From Acidimicrobiaceae bacterium (GTDB lineage Bacteria; Actinomycetota; Acidimicrobiia; Acidimicrobiales; RAAP-2), in NCBI GenBank assembly GCA_003136415.1, contig PLEI01000106.1, forward strand, positions 7,446 to 71,445: a DNA stretch of 64,000 nt. Reading direction: 5' to 3'. A program made the position numbers and the translations under genes. The notes beneath the pieces are model-generated. The model made no database searches, was not told the DNA's origin, and was given only the letters and a program-made list of their open reading frames with translations. Below are positions 39,778 through 47,953 of the stretch, in pieces (positions within the stretch are counted from its first letter, which is position 1; each line of letters begins with the position of its first letter).

Positions 39778-39816
39778 ATGTCGTTGTTCTCTTACAGAAA
39801 GTGTTTCTCCTCGTGA
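39778..39816 (+). CDS. Candidate leaderless 12-codon upstream ORF (MSLFSYRKCFSS) coupled to ppk
   Basis: The ATG lies 5 nt after a -10-like hexamer. Its TGA stop (39814-39816) overlaps the in-frame ppk GTG (39813-39815) as GTGA. No homology evidence is available. Confidence 0.25.
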   Translation: MSLFSYRKCFSS

Positions 39817-41885
39817 CCATCGATCTCCAATCGTTCGGACCAGAGCGATTCTCGAGCCGCGAGTTGTCACGGTTGGAGTTCGGCGCGCGATTACTGGATC
39901 TGGCCGACGACAAGACCCTGCCGATTCTCGAGCGATGCAAGTTCATCGCGATCTTTGCCGACATGATCGACGAGTTTTTTCAGGTTCGCGTGGTCAGCCT
40001 GGAGGACAAGGTGGCCGCCGGGGTGCAAACTCCCTCGGTGGACGGCGTTCGCCCCCGCCAGCAGCTCGCCGACATTCGCGAGCGCGTGCTCGCTCTCGTC
40101 GAGCGTCAGGACCGTTTAGTCCTGGACGTATTGTTGCCGGAGCTTGCCGTGAGCGACATCGATGTCGTGAAGTACGCTGACGTCGACGCCTACGACCGCA
40201 ATGACCTGATTTCCTACTTTGAGGACCACGTCTACCCCGTGTTGACACCACTGGCGGTGGACCCGGGCCATCCCTTTCCGATGATTTCCAATCTTTCGCT
40301 CAACATCGCGGTGACCGTGACCGACGAGCACACCAGCGAGGAGCGAAACGCCCGCATCAAGGTGCCCAGCTCGCTGCCGCGCTTTCTGCGCGTGGGGCGC
40401 AGTCGCTGGGTGTTACTCGAAGACCTCATTATGTCCAACCTGCAACACCTTTTTCCTGGCATGAACGTGGGTCGCGCCGACTTGTTTCGCGTGACCCGCA
40501 ACGCCGACCTCTCGCTCGAAGAAGACGAGGCCGACGACCTCTTGGTGGCACTCGAGGTCGAGCTGCGTCGACGTCGTTTCGGTGAGGCGCTGCGCGTCGA
40601 GATCCAAAGTGGCATGTCACCGGACTTTTTGGAATTGCTCGTCTCCCAACTCGAACTGGAGCGCTCGAACGTCTACATCACCGATGCGCCGTTGGGGCTG
40701 CACGACTTCTGGAGCCTCTACGCCATCGACCGGCCCGAGCTGAAGGGTGAGGGCTGGTCGCCACTCACCCCCAAGCGACTGCTCGATGGCGACCACGTGG
40801 GGGACGTCTTCGCCGCGGTGCGCGAGGGCGACATCTTGCTACACCACCCCTACGAGTCCTTTAGCGACTCCGTCGAGATCTTCATCGATCAAGCCGCCCG
40901 CGACCCCGACGTGGTGGCCATCAAGCAGACGCTCTATCGCACGTCGGGTGACTCGCCGATCGTCGCCTCACTCATCCACGCCGCGGAGCAGGGCAAGCAG
41001 GTGGTGGCGCTGGTCGAGCTCAAGGCGCGCTTCGACGAGGCGGCCAACATCGAATGGGCCAAGGCGCTCGAAGACTCCGGCGTCCACGTGGTCTACGGCA
41101 TTGTCGGACTCAAGACCCACTGCAAGACCGCCCTGGTCGTTCGCAACGAGGGCGCCGCGACCACGCGCTACGTGCACATCGCTTCGGGAAACTACAACTC
41201 GAAGACCGCGCGCAACTACGAGGACTTCGGAGTACTCACCTGCAATCCCGCGGTGACGCGCGACGTGGGGGAACTCTTCAATTTCCTCACCGGCTTCTCC
41301 AAGAATGGTAACTACGAAAAGATTGTGGTCAGCCCCTTCTCCGTGCGTGAGCGAATGGTCGAACTCATCGCCGAGCAGCGCGAGCGCGGCTCGGCGGGCA
41401 GCATCTTGATGAAGACCAATGGTCTCACCGACCCCACGGTGATCGACGCGCTCTACGAGGCCTCGAGCGCCGGTGTCGAGATCCGTCTCGAAGTCCGCAC
41501 CCTCTGTTGCCTGCGCCCCGGCGTGGCGGGACTCTCGGAAAACATCACCGTGCACAGTCTGGTGGGGGAGTTCCTCGAACATTCGCGGCTCTTCATCTTT
41601 GGCCGACCCGGCGAAGCGAGTTTCTCGATATACATGGGTTCGGCGGACATGATGGAGCGAAACCTGGACCGGCGGGTCGAGGTGCTCGTCCCCATCGAGA
41701 CGGCCGCCCTGCAAAATGAGATCCTCGAGGCATTCGACGTGACCTGGCGCGACGATTGCTTCACCTGGGTGCTCGGCACCGACCGACGCTGGCGCCGCTT
41801 GCAATCGGTCAACAACTTCTCGGCGCAATCCGAGTTCAAGCGTCTGGCAACGCAGCGTTCCCGTTCGCTTTCGCTCCGTTCGTAA
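39813..41885 (+). CDS. ppk: Polyphosphate kinase 1
   Basis: The start is uncertain: GTG 39813 or 39801, while the ORF track starts at 39687. Motifs are RFSSRELSRLEFGARLLDLADD...LERCKFIAIFADMIDEFFQVRV and two PLD-like HKD regions (HCKTALV, HSRLFIF). Confidence 0.9.
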   Translation: MTIDLQSFGPERFSSRELSRLEFGARLLDLADDKTLPILERCKFIAIFADMIDEFFQVRVVSLEDKVAAGVQTPSVDGVRPRQQLADIRERVLALVERQDRLVLDVLLPELAVSDIDVVKYADVDAYDRNDLISYFEDHVYPVLTPLAVDPGHPFPMISNLSLNIAVTVTDEHTSEERNARIKVPSSLPRFLRVGRSRWVLLEDLIMSNLQHLFPGMNVGRADLFRVTRNADLSLEEDEADDLLVALEVELRRRRFGEALRVEIQSGMSPDFLELLVSQLELERSNVYITDAPLGLHDFWSLYAIDRPELKGEGWSPLTPKRLLDGDHVGDVFAAVREGDILLHHPYESFSDSVEIFIDQAARDPDVVAIKQTLYRTSGDSPIVASLIHAAEQGKQVVALVELKARFDEAANIEWAKALEDSGVHVVYGIVGLKTHCKTALVVRNEGAATTRYVHIASGNYNSKTARNYEDFGVLTCNPAVTRDVGELFNFLTGFSKNGNYEKIVVSPFSVRERMVELIAEQRERGSAGSILMKTNGLTDPTVIDALYEASSAGVEIRLEVRTLCCLRPGVAGLSENITVHSLVGEFLEHSRLFIFGRPGEASFSIYMGSADMMERNLDRRVEVLVPIETAALQNEILEAFDVTWRDDCFTWVLGTDRRWRRLQSVNNFSAQSEFKRLATQRSRSLSLRS

Positions 41886-42894
41886 GAGGACGGCGACGAA
41901 ACTGCAGGCTGGCGTACGCCGCCCCCCCAATGGGGATGGGAATCCAGAAGTTCACCAGTCGATACGCCAATACCGCGAGAATCGCCTGGCTGTGGGGTAC
42001 GCCGAATCCCACCAGGGTGGGAATGAGGACACCCTCGACCACGCCGAGACCCGCCGGAGTGACCGGAATCGCCGCCAGCACGTTGGCCAGTCCGTAGGCG
42101 ACTAGCAAGTCAATGGGCGAAATCTTGGTGCCAAAGGACCAGAGAAAGACCCACAGGCACGCGGCGTCGAGGATCCAGTTGAGGCTCGCCCAGGTAAAGG
42201 CGGTCCACAGTGTCCGACGCGAGTTGATCAACAAACTGATGCGCTCGGCCACCTTGACGAGTACGAGAGAAATCTTGTCGGGATTGAGCCGGGGAATATG
42301 ACGCGCAGCGACCCGCAGCCAGGCGTCCGCGCGCTTTTGACCTCGGGTGATCAAGAACACCGTGCCAAAGAAGGCCAGCAACAAAAACACGCCCGCCAGC
42401 GCAGCAAAACCGTAGCCCGGGTTGATGCCGTTGAGGGGAATTGAGACCACCAGGGCAATCCAGAAGAGGATGTTCAACACGACGGCCGAACCCGCGCCCT
42501 GGGCCGCGAGACCGAAGGCGCTCGTGTCTTTGGGTACGTCGAGCTCGCTGAAGATTCGATACGCCAGAGCTCCCGAGGGCGCCGCCCCTCCCGGCACCAC
42601 GTGACTAATGGCCAAACCGGCCAGATTGACTCGCAGGATGTTGAATCGACTGGGCGCATACGGGTACAGCACAGCTCGGGTCAACTCCACGTAGGCGTAA
42701 ATGGCGGCCATCTCCAGGGAAACGGCGAGAACCACCAGAAAGGGGTTCAGGAGGGCGAGGAGGTGCAGTGAATTTCTGGCCGAGGCGAATTGGGGAAGTA
42801 CCAGGTATTCGAAAACGAACACCATGCATCCCGCGCTGAGGATGATGCGAATCTCGCGCGGCATAAAAAATCGCCGTTTTGTGGCATCGGTCAT
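41836..42894 (-). CDS. Flippase-like / lysylphosphatidylglycerol-synthase TM-region (UPF0104) family membrane protein
   Basis: 352 aa with about 8 TM helices. The overall pattern is recalled from UPF0104 proteins, which commonly neighbour GT2 genes. It is divergent from ppm1. Confidence 0.6.
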   Translation of the reverse strand: MTDATKRRFFMPREIRIILSAGCMVFVFEYLVLPQFASARNSLHLLALLNPFLVVLAVSLEMAAIYAYVELTRAVLYPYAPSRFNILRVNLAGLAISHVVPGGAAPSGALAYRIFSELDVPKDTSAFGLAAQGAGSAVVLNILFWIALVVSIPLNGINPGYGFAALAGVFLLLAFFGTVFLITRGQKRADAWLRVAARHIPRLNPDKISLVLVKVAERISLLINSRRTLWTAFTWASLNWILDAACLWVFLWSFGTKISPIDLLVAYGLANVLAAIPVTPAGLGVVEGVLIPTLVGFGVPHSQAILAVLAYRLVNFWIPIPIGGAAYASLQFRRRPLTNGAKANGNAALPDA

Positions 42895-42967
42895 TAGATT
42901 CTCTCAACGAGTCGGAAAACGGGCCCCACACGCGCGGCACTTTCCCGGTCAGTCTACGTCACCCCAG

Positions 42968-42973
42968 TACAAT
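42968..42973 (+). promoter_or_regulatory. Putative -10 (TACAAT) giving leaderless ppm1
   Basis: The sequence reads TACAAT-tcggtg-GTG(42980). A second GTG at 42977 is only 3 nt from the hexamer. Confidence 0.45.
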
Positions 42974-42979
42974 TCGGTG

Positions 42980-43714
42980 GTGCGTCTGCTCGTGGTGCTA
43001 CCCACGTATAACGAAGTTCTCAACGTGGAAACCATGTTGCGAACCCTGCGAAGGGTGGTGCCGGACGCCCACATCCTGGTGGTCGACGACGCGAGTCCCG
43101 ACCAGACGGCCGATTTGGCGCAGCGGACCGCGCAGGAACTCGAGCAGATCTACGTACTGCGTCGAGAGGGTAAGAGCGGCCTGGGTGGCGCATATCGTGC
43201 CGGCTTTGCGTGGGGTCTCGAACAAGGTTTTGACACCTTCGTCGAGATTGATTGCGACTTTTCTCACGACCCCCGAGCGCTGCCGTCGCTGCTCTCGGCT
43301 GCCGATAGTCACGACGTCGTTATTGGCTCGCGCTACGTGCCCGGCGGCCACATTCCCCAGTGGAAACTCTCTCGGCGAGTGCTCTCTCGTGGGGGTAACC
43401 AGTACGCCTCGCTGATGTTGGGACTGCGCGTCGCCGATTCCACCGCGGGGTATCGCGTGTATTCACAATCGGCGTTGCGCACGATCGACTACGAAACGGT
43501 CAACGCCGACGGTTACGGATTTCAGATCGAGATGACGTATCGTGCGCGCCGCGCGGGAGCGAGCATCACCGAGGTGCCCATCTCCTTCAGCGACCGCCAG
43601 TTGGGCGAATCGAAGATGAGTTCGTCCATCGTGTACGAGGCCCTGTGGCTCGTCACCAAGTGGGCGATGCAGCGGCCCTTCAAACGAAAGTTAAATCCGG
43701 TCCAGCAGTACTGA
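42980..43714 (+). CDS. ppm1: Polyprenol-monophosphomannose synthase (GT2, dolichol-phosphate mannosyltransferase family)
   Basis: Motifs are LLVVLPTYNEVLNVE, VVDDASPDQTADL and DCDFSHDP, with a C-terminal GESKM. Confidence 0.8.
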   Translation: MRLLVVLPTYNEVLNVETMLRTLRRVVPDAHILVVDDASPDQTADLAQRTAQELEQIYVLRREGKSGLGGAYRAGFAWGLEQGFDTFVEIDCDFSHDPRALPSLLSAADSHDVVIGSRYVPGGHIPQWKLSRRVLSRGGNQYASLMLGLRVADSTAGYRVYSQSALRTIDYETVNADGYGFQIEMTYRARRAGASITEVPISFSDRQLGESKMSSSIVYEALWLVTKWAMQRPFKRKLNPVQQY

Positions 43715-44923
43715 ACTCAGCACGCTCGCGAGCTTGTCGCGGGTCTCTTCGCGTTCGGCGATGGGGTCTGATTCGCTGACGATACCGGCGCCCGCCCAAG
43801 CTTCGAAGTCGGCCCCGTCGACCAAGACGCCGCGAATCCCGATCCAAAATTCGCCGTCGCCGTTCTGGTCTATCCAGCCCACTGGCCCGGCGTAGTGACC
43901 GCGGTCGAAACGCTCCAAACGCTGCAAGAGTTCGTAAGCCGGCACGCGCGGTAGTCCCCCGACGGCCGCGGTGGGGTGCAACAAGTTCAGCAACTCCAGC
44001 GCGTCGGGAGCGCTCTCGACATCGTTGTGGTGTCCTCGAATCCACGTGCCCAGGTGTGCCACCGTGCGCAGGGTGACGATGGAAGGAGTGGAGGCGGCCA
44101 AGATGTCGTCGTAGTAACGACCGAGCGTCGTCACGATGTCGTCAACCAATACCCCGTGTTCGTGGAGATTCTTGGCGCTGCCGAGCAGCCAGGCGTGATA
44201 GTCCTCGGGGTCAACGTCGGCCGGAATCGCAATGGTGCCCGCCAAGGGATGACAGGTCACGTCGCCACCCTGTCGGCGGACCAGGAGTTCGGGGCTCGCA
44301 CCCACGTAGCGTCGGTCGTCGGTGGTGGGCAGACCGTAAATGGTGCACGAGGGTTCGCGTACTCGCAGGCGCTGCGCGACGGCACCGCAGTCAATGGCGT
44401 GCTCGACGGTGCCGACGATGGCGCGCGCCAGAACGACCTTGTCAATCTCCTTGCGGCGCAGGAGTTCCACGGCGGCTGCCACGTGATGGGCGTACTCCTC
44501 GGGCGAGGGGCGGTACGTGACACTGCGAGTCATCTGGACCTCTTGTAGCGCGAAGGCTTCATCGTCCACGTAGTGGCGCCAATCGTCATCGGTCGCACTG
44601 GTGATCCACGAGCCGTGAGCGCTCTGAGTGATCACGAAGCGCGGCACGTCGAGTCGACTGGGGGCATCGCGGTTGAAGGGAAGCGAACCCATCGCCACGA
44701 TGCCCGAACCCGAGGGACCATCATCTCCGGTCAGTTCGAGTTGAGCCAACTGGTGGCGCGCCGAATCGGTGTCGCTCACGCCACGGGGCAACGGCAATGT
44801 CTCCGCAGCCCCGCCAAAACCCACCCGCAGCACATTGGGTGAATCCAGCAGCCACCCGCTGCGCGCGCCGAGTGTGCGCAGCTGCGAGGGGGCCAGGGGC
44901 GCGATTGATCGGCGATGGAACAT
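43691..44923 (-). CDS. menF: Isochorismate synthase
   Basis: 410 aa with a chorismate-binding C-terminus: LHPTAAVGG, RGHYAGPVGW and AGAGIVSESDPIAEREET. Confidence 0.8.
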   Translation of the reverse strand: MFHRRSIAPLAPSQLRTLGARSGWLLDSPNVLRVGFGGAAETLPLPRGVSDTDSARHQLAQLELTGDDGPSGSGIVAMGSLPFNRDAPSRLDVPRFVITQSAHGSWITSATDDDWRHYVDDEAFALQEVQMTRSVTYRPSPEEYAHHVAAAVELLRRKEIDKVVLARAIVGTVEHAIDCGAVAQRLRVREPSCTIYGLPTTDDRRYVGASPELLVRRQGGDVTCHPLAGTIAIPADVDPEDYHAWLLGSAKNLHEHGVLVDDIVTTLGRYYDDILAASTPSIVTLRTVAHLGTWIRGHHNDVESAPDALELLNLLHPTAAVGGLPRVPAYELLQRLERFDRGHYAGPVGWIDQNGDGEFWIGIRGVLVDGADFEAWAGAGIVSESDPIAEREETRDKLASVLSSVLLDRI

Positions 44924-45615
44924 TAGGCGCTCCGCGTCGCGATGAATAACTGACTGAGTCCGCCCATGACACGACGGTGGTTGACGGCACTGAATCCCGA
45001 CGCGTTGAGCATCGCGACGATCTGCTCCGTGGGGGGCAGGTAGGCCGTCGATCGCGGCAAGTAGTGATAGGCCGCGCGGTCCGACACCAGCGACCCGATA
45101 AAGGGCACGACGCGCCGGAACCAGATTCGAAAGCCGGTACGCAACAGCCCCTTCTCGGGTTCGGCGACTTCGAGGAGCGACAATCGACCACCCGAACGCA
45201 GTACGCGCGCCATCTCATCAAATGTCGCGCCCAGATCAGTGAAGTTCCTGAGGGCGTAACCACACGTTAGACCGTCGAAGCTCGCCGTAGTGAAGGGCAT
45301 GGCCGATGCGTCAGCTTGGACGCGCCAGGGCATCTCCCGTCCGGCGTGCAACATGCCGTAACTCAGGTCAGTCGCGATTGCGCGCTGTGATTGACGTTCG
45401 AGTTCGCGAGTGAAGTCACCGGTGCCCGCGGCCACGTCGAGAACCAGACTCTGCGACGGCAGGCGCAAATCACTGACGGCGCGTCGGCGCCAGCGACCGT
45501 CGAGACCGAAGGTCATCATCTTGTTGACCATTTCGTAGCGACCAGCGATCGCATCGAACATCGCGCGCACTGCGCGAGTTTTGTCCTCGCCGGTGGGCAG
45601 GGGAGTGTGATTCAC
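44923..45615 (-). CDS. menG: Demethylmenaquinone methyltransferase (UbiE/MenG)
   Basis: Motifs are MFDAIAGRYEMVNKMMTFGLDGRWRR and VLDVAAGTGD. The start is GTG 45615 (GTGA overlap with the MaoC stop) or GTG 45627. The stop overlaps the menF ATG (TAATG). Confidence 0.85.
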   Translation of the reverse strand: MNHTPLPTGEDKTRAVRAMFDAIAGRYEMVNKMMTFGLDGRWRRRAVSDLRLPSQSLVLDVAAGTGDFTRELERQSQRAIATDLSYGMLHAGREMPWRVQADASAMPFTTASFDGLTCGYALRNFTDLGATFDEMARVLRSGGRLSLLEVAEPEKGLLRTGFRIWFRRVVPFIGSLVSDRAAYHYLPRSTAYLPPTEQIVAMLNASGFSAVNHRRVMGGLSQLFIATRSA

Positions 45616-46085
45616 GCGGGATACCACCGGTACACGACTTGCGCGACGCAGGCCGGCTTCTCAGCGTCACGCAGTTCCATGGTCACGTCGAAGACAATCT
45701 GCCAGCCGTCACCCGCTGGTTGCACGCTGGCGATAATTGCGCTGAGGCGCACGTCGCTTCCTTCGGGCACCGGAGAAATGAACCGGACCCGATTGAGGCC
45801 GTAATTGATGCGCGTGCCGGGTTCTTGCACCTCGAGTACCTGGTTGAGAAGTGCGGGGATCAACGACACGATGAGGTAGCCGTGGGCAATGGTCCTTCCG
45901 AAGGGCCCGGTGGCCGCCCGCACGGGGTCGACGTGGATCCACTGATGGTCGCCGGTGGCATCGGCAAAACTCGAAATCATCTCTTGAGTGACGCTCACGT
46001 ATGGCGAATAGCCCAGTTGCTCACCCGTCAGAGAACCGACGTCATTGATTGAGTGAATTCTTGGTGACAAGGCGACCTCCCCCAC
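45612..46085 (-). CDS. MaoC-like (R)-specific enoyl-CoA hydratase/dehydratase
   Basis: Hot-dog fold motifs are FADATGDHQWIHVDPVRAA and TIAHGYL. The start is uncertain: GTG 46085, while the ORF-track TTG 46187 would overlap the divergent VIT gene. Confidence 0.7.
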   Translation of the reverse strand: MGEVALSPRIHSINDVGSLTGEQLGYSPYVSVTQEMISSFADATGDHQWIHVDPVRAATGPFGRTIAHGYLIVSLIPALLNQVLEVQEPGTRINYGLNRVRFISPVPEGSDVRLSAIIASVQPAGDGWQIVFDVTMELRDAEKPACVAQVVYRWYPA

Positions 46086-46130
46086 AACTCTACCGGGAGC
46101 GAGAGCGCGGGACAGTCGAACCAGTGGGTC

Positions 46131-46136
46131 TAAACT
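46131..46136 (+). promoter_or_regulatory. Putative -10 (TAAACT) giving a leaderless VIT transporter gene
   Basis: The sequence reads TAAACT-cccctc-ATG(46143). Confidence 0.45.
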
Positions 46137-46142
46137 CCCCTC

Positions 46143-46853
46143 ATGGCCGATCACGCTGAGCACTCCCCGGGCGAGCACCACCGTCAAATCGCCAGTGGTT
46201 GGATTCGCGCCGGCATCTTCGGCATCAGTGATGGACTGGTCACTAACACGTCGATTCTCTTAGGTATTGCGGGGACGTCACCTGGCCACAGTTTCGTGCG
46301 ACTGGCCGGTGTTGCCGCGTTGATTGCTGGTGGTTTCTCGATGGCCACGGGCGAATACCTGTCGATGAGGGCGACCAAGGAACTCCTCGAATACGAGATC
46401 AACGTCGAGCGCAAGTCAATTGCCGACGACCCCCAAGGGGAACGCCACGAACTGCGCGACTTGTTCATCAAGCGCGGTATCGAACCCGAGCTCGCAGAGC
46501 GTTTGTCCGTGGACCTGATGCGCGACCCCGAGTTGGCGTTACAAACGCACGTGCGTGAGGAACTCGGCGTCGACCCGTCGTCGACCGGTTCGCCCTGGGG
46601 CGCCGCCACGTCGTCGCTGGCCACGTTCTCTATCGGGGCGTTGATTCCCCTGCTGCCCTGGCTCTGGTCCAGCACCGGAAATGAAATCTGGTGGTCAGTG
46701 GGATTGGCCGCCGTGGGATCGACGGGAGTAGGTGGGGCGATTGGTGTCTTCACCCGCCGTGGTCCGATCAAGTGGGCTCTTCGTCAGTTAGCGGTCACCG
46801 CCCTCGCGGCGGCGGTCACCTTCGGCGTCGGCAAACTCATTGGCTCTCACTAG
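46143..46853 (+). CDS. VIT1/CCC1 family iron/manganese transporter
   Basis: 236 aa. Motifs are AGIFGISDGLVTNTSILLG and GEYLSMRATKELLEYEI, followed by C-terminal TM helices. Confidence 0.8.
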   Translation: MADHAEHSPGEHHRQIASGWIRAGIFGISDGLVTNTSILLGIAGTSPGHSFVRLAGVAALIAGGFSMATGEYLSMRATKELLEYEINVERKSIADDPQGERHELRDLFIKRGIEPELAERLSVDLMRDPELALQTHVREELGVDPSSTGSPWGAATSSLATFSIGALIPLLPWLWSSTGNEIWWSVGLAAVGSTGVGGAIGVFTRRGPIKWALRQLAVTALAAAVTFGVGKLIGSH

Positions 46854-47686
46854 TCCTTCGAAAATCGCAGCAACTGGTCTTCACGCTCGAGAGTGAAACC
46901 AAAGCTGCGATACAGCGCTTGCGCGCTGACGTTGTCGGCGTCAACGAAGAGCACGGCGCGATGGACACCGCGGCTGCGCAACGACGCGAGGCCCTGGGAG
47001 AGCATGACGCGCCCGAGTCCGTGGCCCTGGTAGGTAGGGTTCACCGAGATGACGTAGATCTCCCCGAACCGGTCCGGGTGAAGCTCGTGCACTTTCGTCC
47101 AACACGATGCCGCGATCTGACCTTTTATTTCGAGGAGTAAGAATCCTGACGGGTCGAACCACGGCTCGTGGATGCGAGCCTCCAGGTCGTCGAGCAACCA
47201 CGCTCCCTGTTCGGGGTGGTCGGCGAAGGCGGCGTTGTTTTGCGCCAGCCACGCAACCTCGTCGATACCAGGGGTGAAGGTTCGCATCGTGGCACCTTCG
47301 GGAACGGGGATTTGGGGTACGGGAAGGTTGATGCGCAGTAGTTGCAACGTCCGCACCACGTTGTCCAAAGAGCCGTCGCTGTCGCGAGTCCACCAGTCGA
47401 CCACTTCGTGCATCTCGAGGACGAGCGTGAGCAGTGTTTCGTCGAATCCGCCCCCACACATCTCGAGAGTGGCGTGACTTTGACCTTGGACCAGGGCGTA
47501 CTGCACGAGCTCGGGGCCTTCGCGCAACAACCAATGCTCGCCGCGCCAGCCGTGCACCACCGTGCGCCGGCGGGTCTCATCAAGGGCCTCGCGACCCAGA
47601 ACCGTCTCGGTGCGGTTGATCAAGTTGAGGACATCAAGTCGTTCCGCGGCGTTCAAGCTTGAAGTGTGTTGCCATGAAACGTCCAT
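46850..47686 (-). CDS. mshD: Mycothiol synthase (tandem GNAT acetyltransferase)
   Basis: 278 aa. Matches to Mtb MshD as I recall it are NNAAFADHPEQGAW, WFDPSGF, WTKVH, GEIYVISVNP and LFVDADNV. Confidence 0.85.
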   Translation of the reverse strand: MDVSWQHTSSLNAAERLDVLNLINRTETVLGREALDETRRRTVVHGWRGEHWLLREGPELVQYALVQGQSHATLEMCGGGFDETLLTLVLEMHEVVDWWTRDSDGSLDNVVRTLQLLRINLPVPQIPVPEGATMRTFTPGIDEVAWLAQNNAAFADHPEQGAWLLDDLEARIHEPWFDPSGFLLLEIKGQIAASCWTKVHELHPDRFGEIYVISVNPTYQGHGLGRVMLSQGLASLRSRGVHRAVLFVDADNVSAQALYRSFGFTLEREDQLLRFSKD

Positions 47687-47692
47687 GAGTGA

Positions 47693-47698
47693 AGGTTA
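47693..47698 (-). promoter_or_regulatory. Putative -10 (TAACCT) giving leaderless mshD
   Basis: On the minus strand the sequence reads TAACCT-tcactc-ATG(47686). This is the same hexamer and spacing as at the 17058 gene. Confidence 0.45.
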
Positions 47699-47710
47699 GT
47701 GTTCGACCCG

Positions 47711-47896
47711 TCAAATACGGCGAGCGGCCCGGTTGAGCCGTCGCAGGAGTGCGCCAATCGTGCGCTCGGCCGCGACCAGCTCGCTATACACGTCACTGTC
47801 CAGGTGGGGTCCGTCGCTCTCGACTAAGGCGGTGATGCGCGAGGAGAGCTCGCCCAGGGTGGAGGTGATGGTGTTGAGTTCGGTCTGAGTTGACAT
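47711..47896 (-). CDS. Small (61 aa) predicted all-helical hypothetical protein
   Basis: Trimmed from the 127-aa ORF to ATG 47896, which has the SD GGAAAG upstream. The sequence is MSTQTELNTITSTLGELSSRITALVES...LLRRLNRAARRI. I recognise no family. Confidence 0.4.
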   Translation of the reverse strand: MSTQTELNTITSTLGELSSRITALVESDGPHLDSDVYSELVAAERTIGALLRRLNRAARRI

Positions 47897-47939
47897 TGAC
47901 GTCACACTTTCCAGCGGCGCGATTGGCCTCGTGGACGAA

Positions 47940-47946
47940 TACTGTA
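47940..47946. promoter_or_regulatory. Overlapping divergent -10 candidates: TACTGT (plus, ygfZ) and TACAGT (minus, small ORF)
   Basis: On the plus strand the sequence reads TACTGT-aatagtcc-ATG(47954). On the minus strand TACAGT lies about 44 nt before ATG 47896. Confidence 0.35.
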
Positions 47947-47953
47947 ATAGTCC

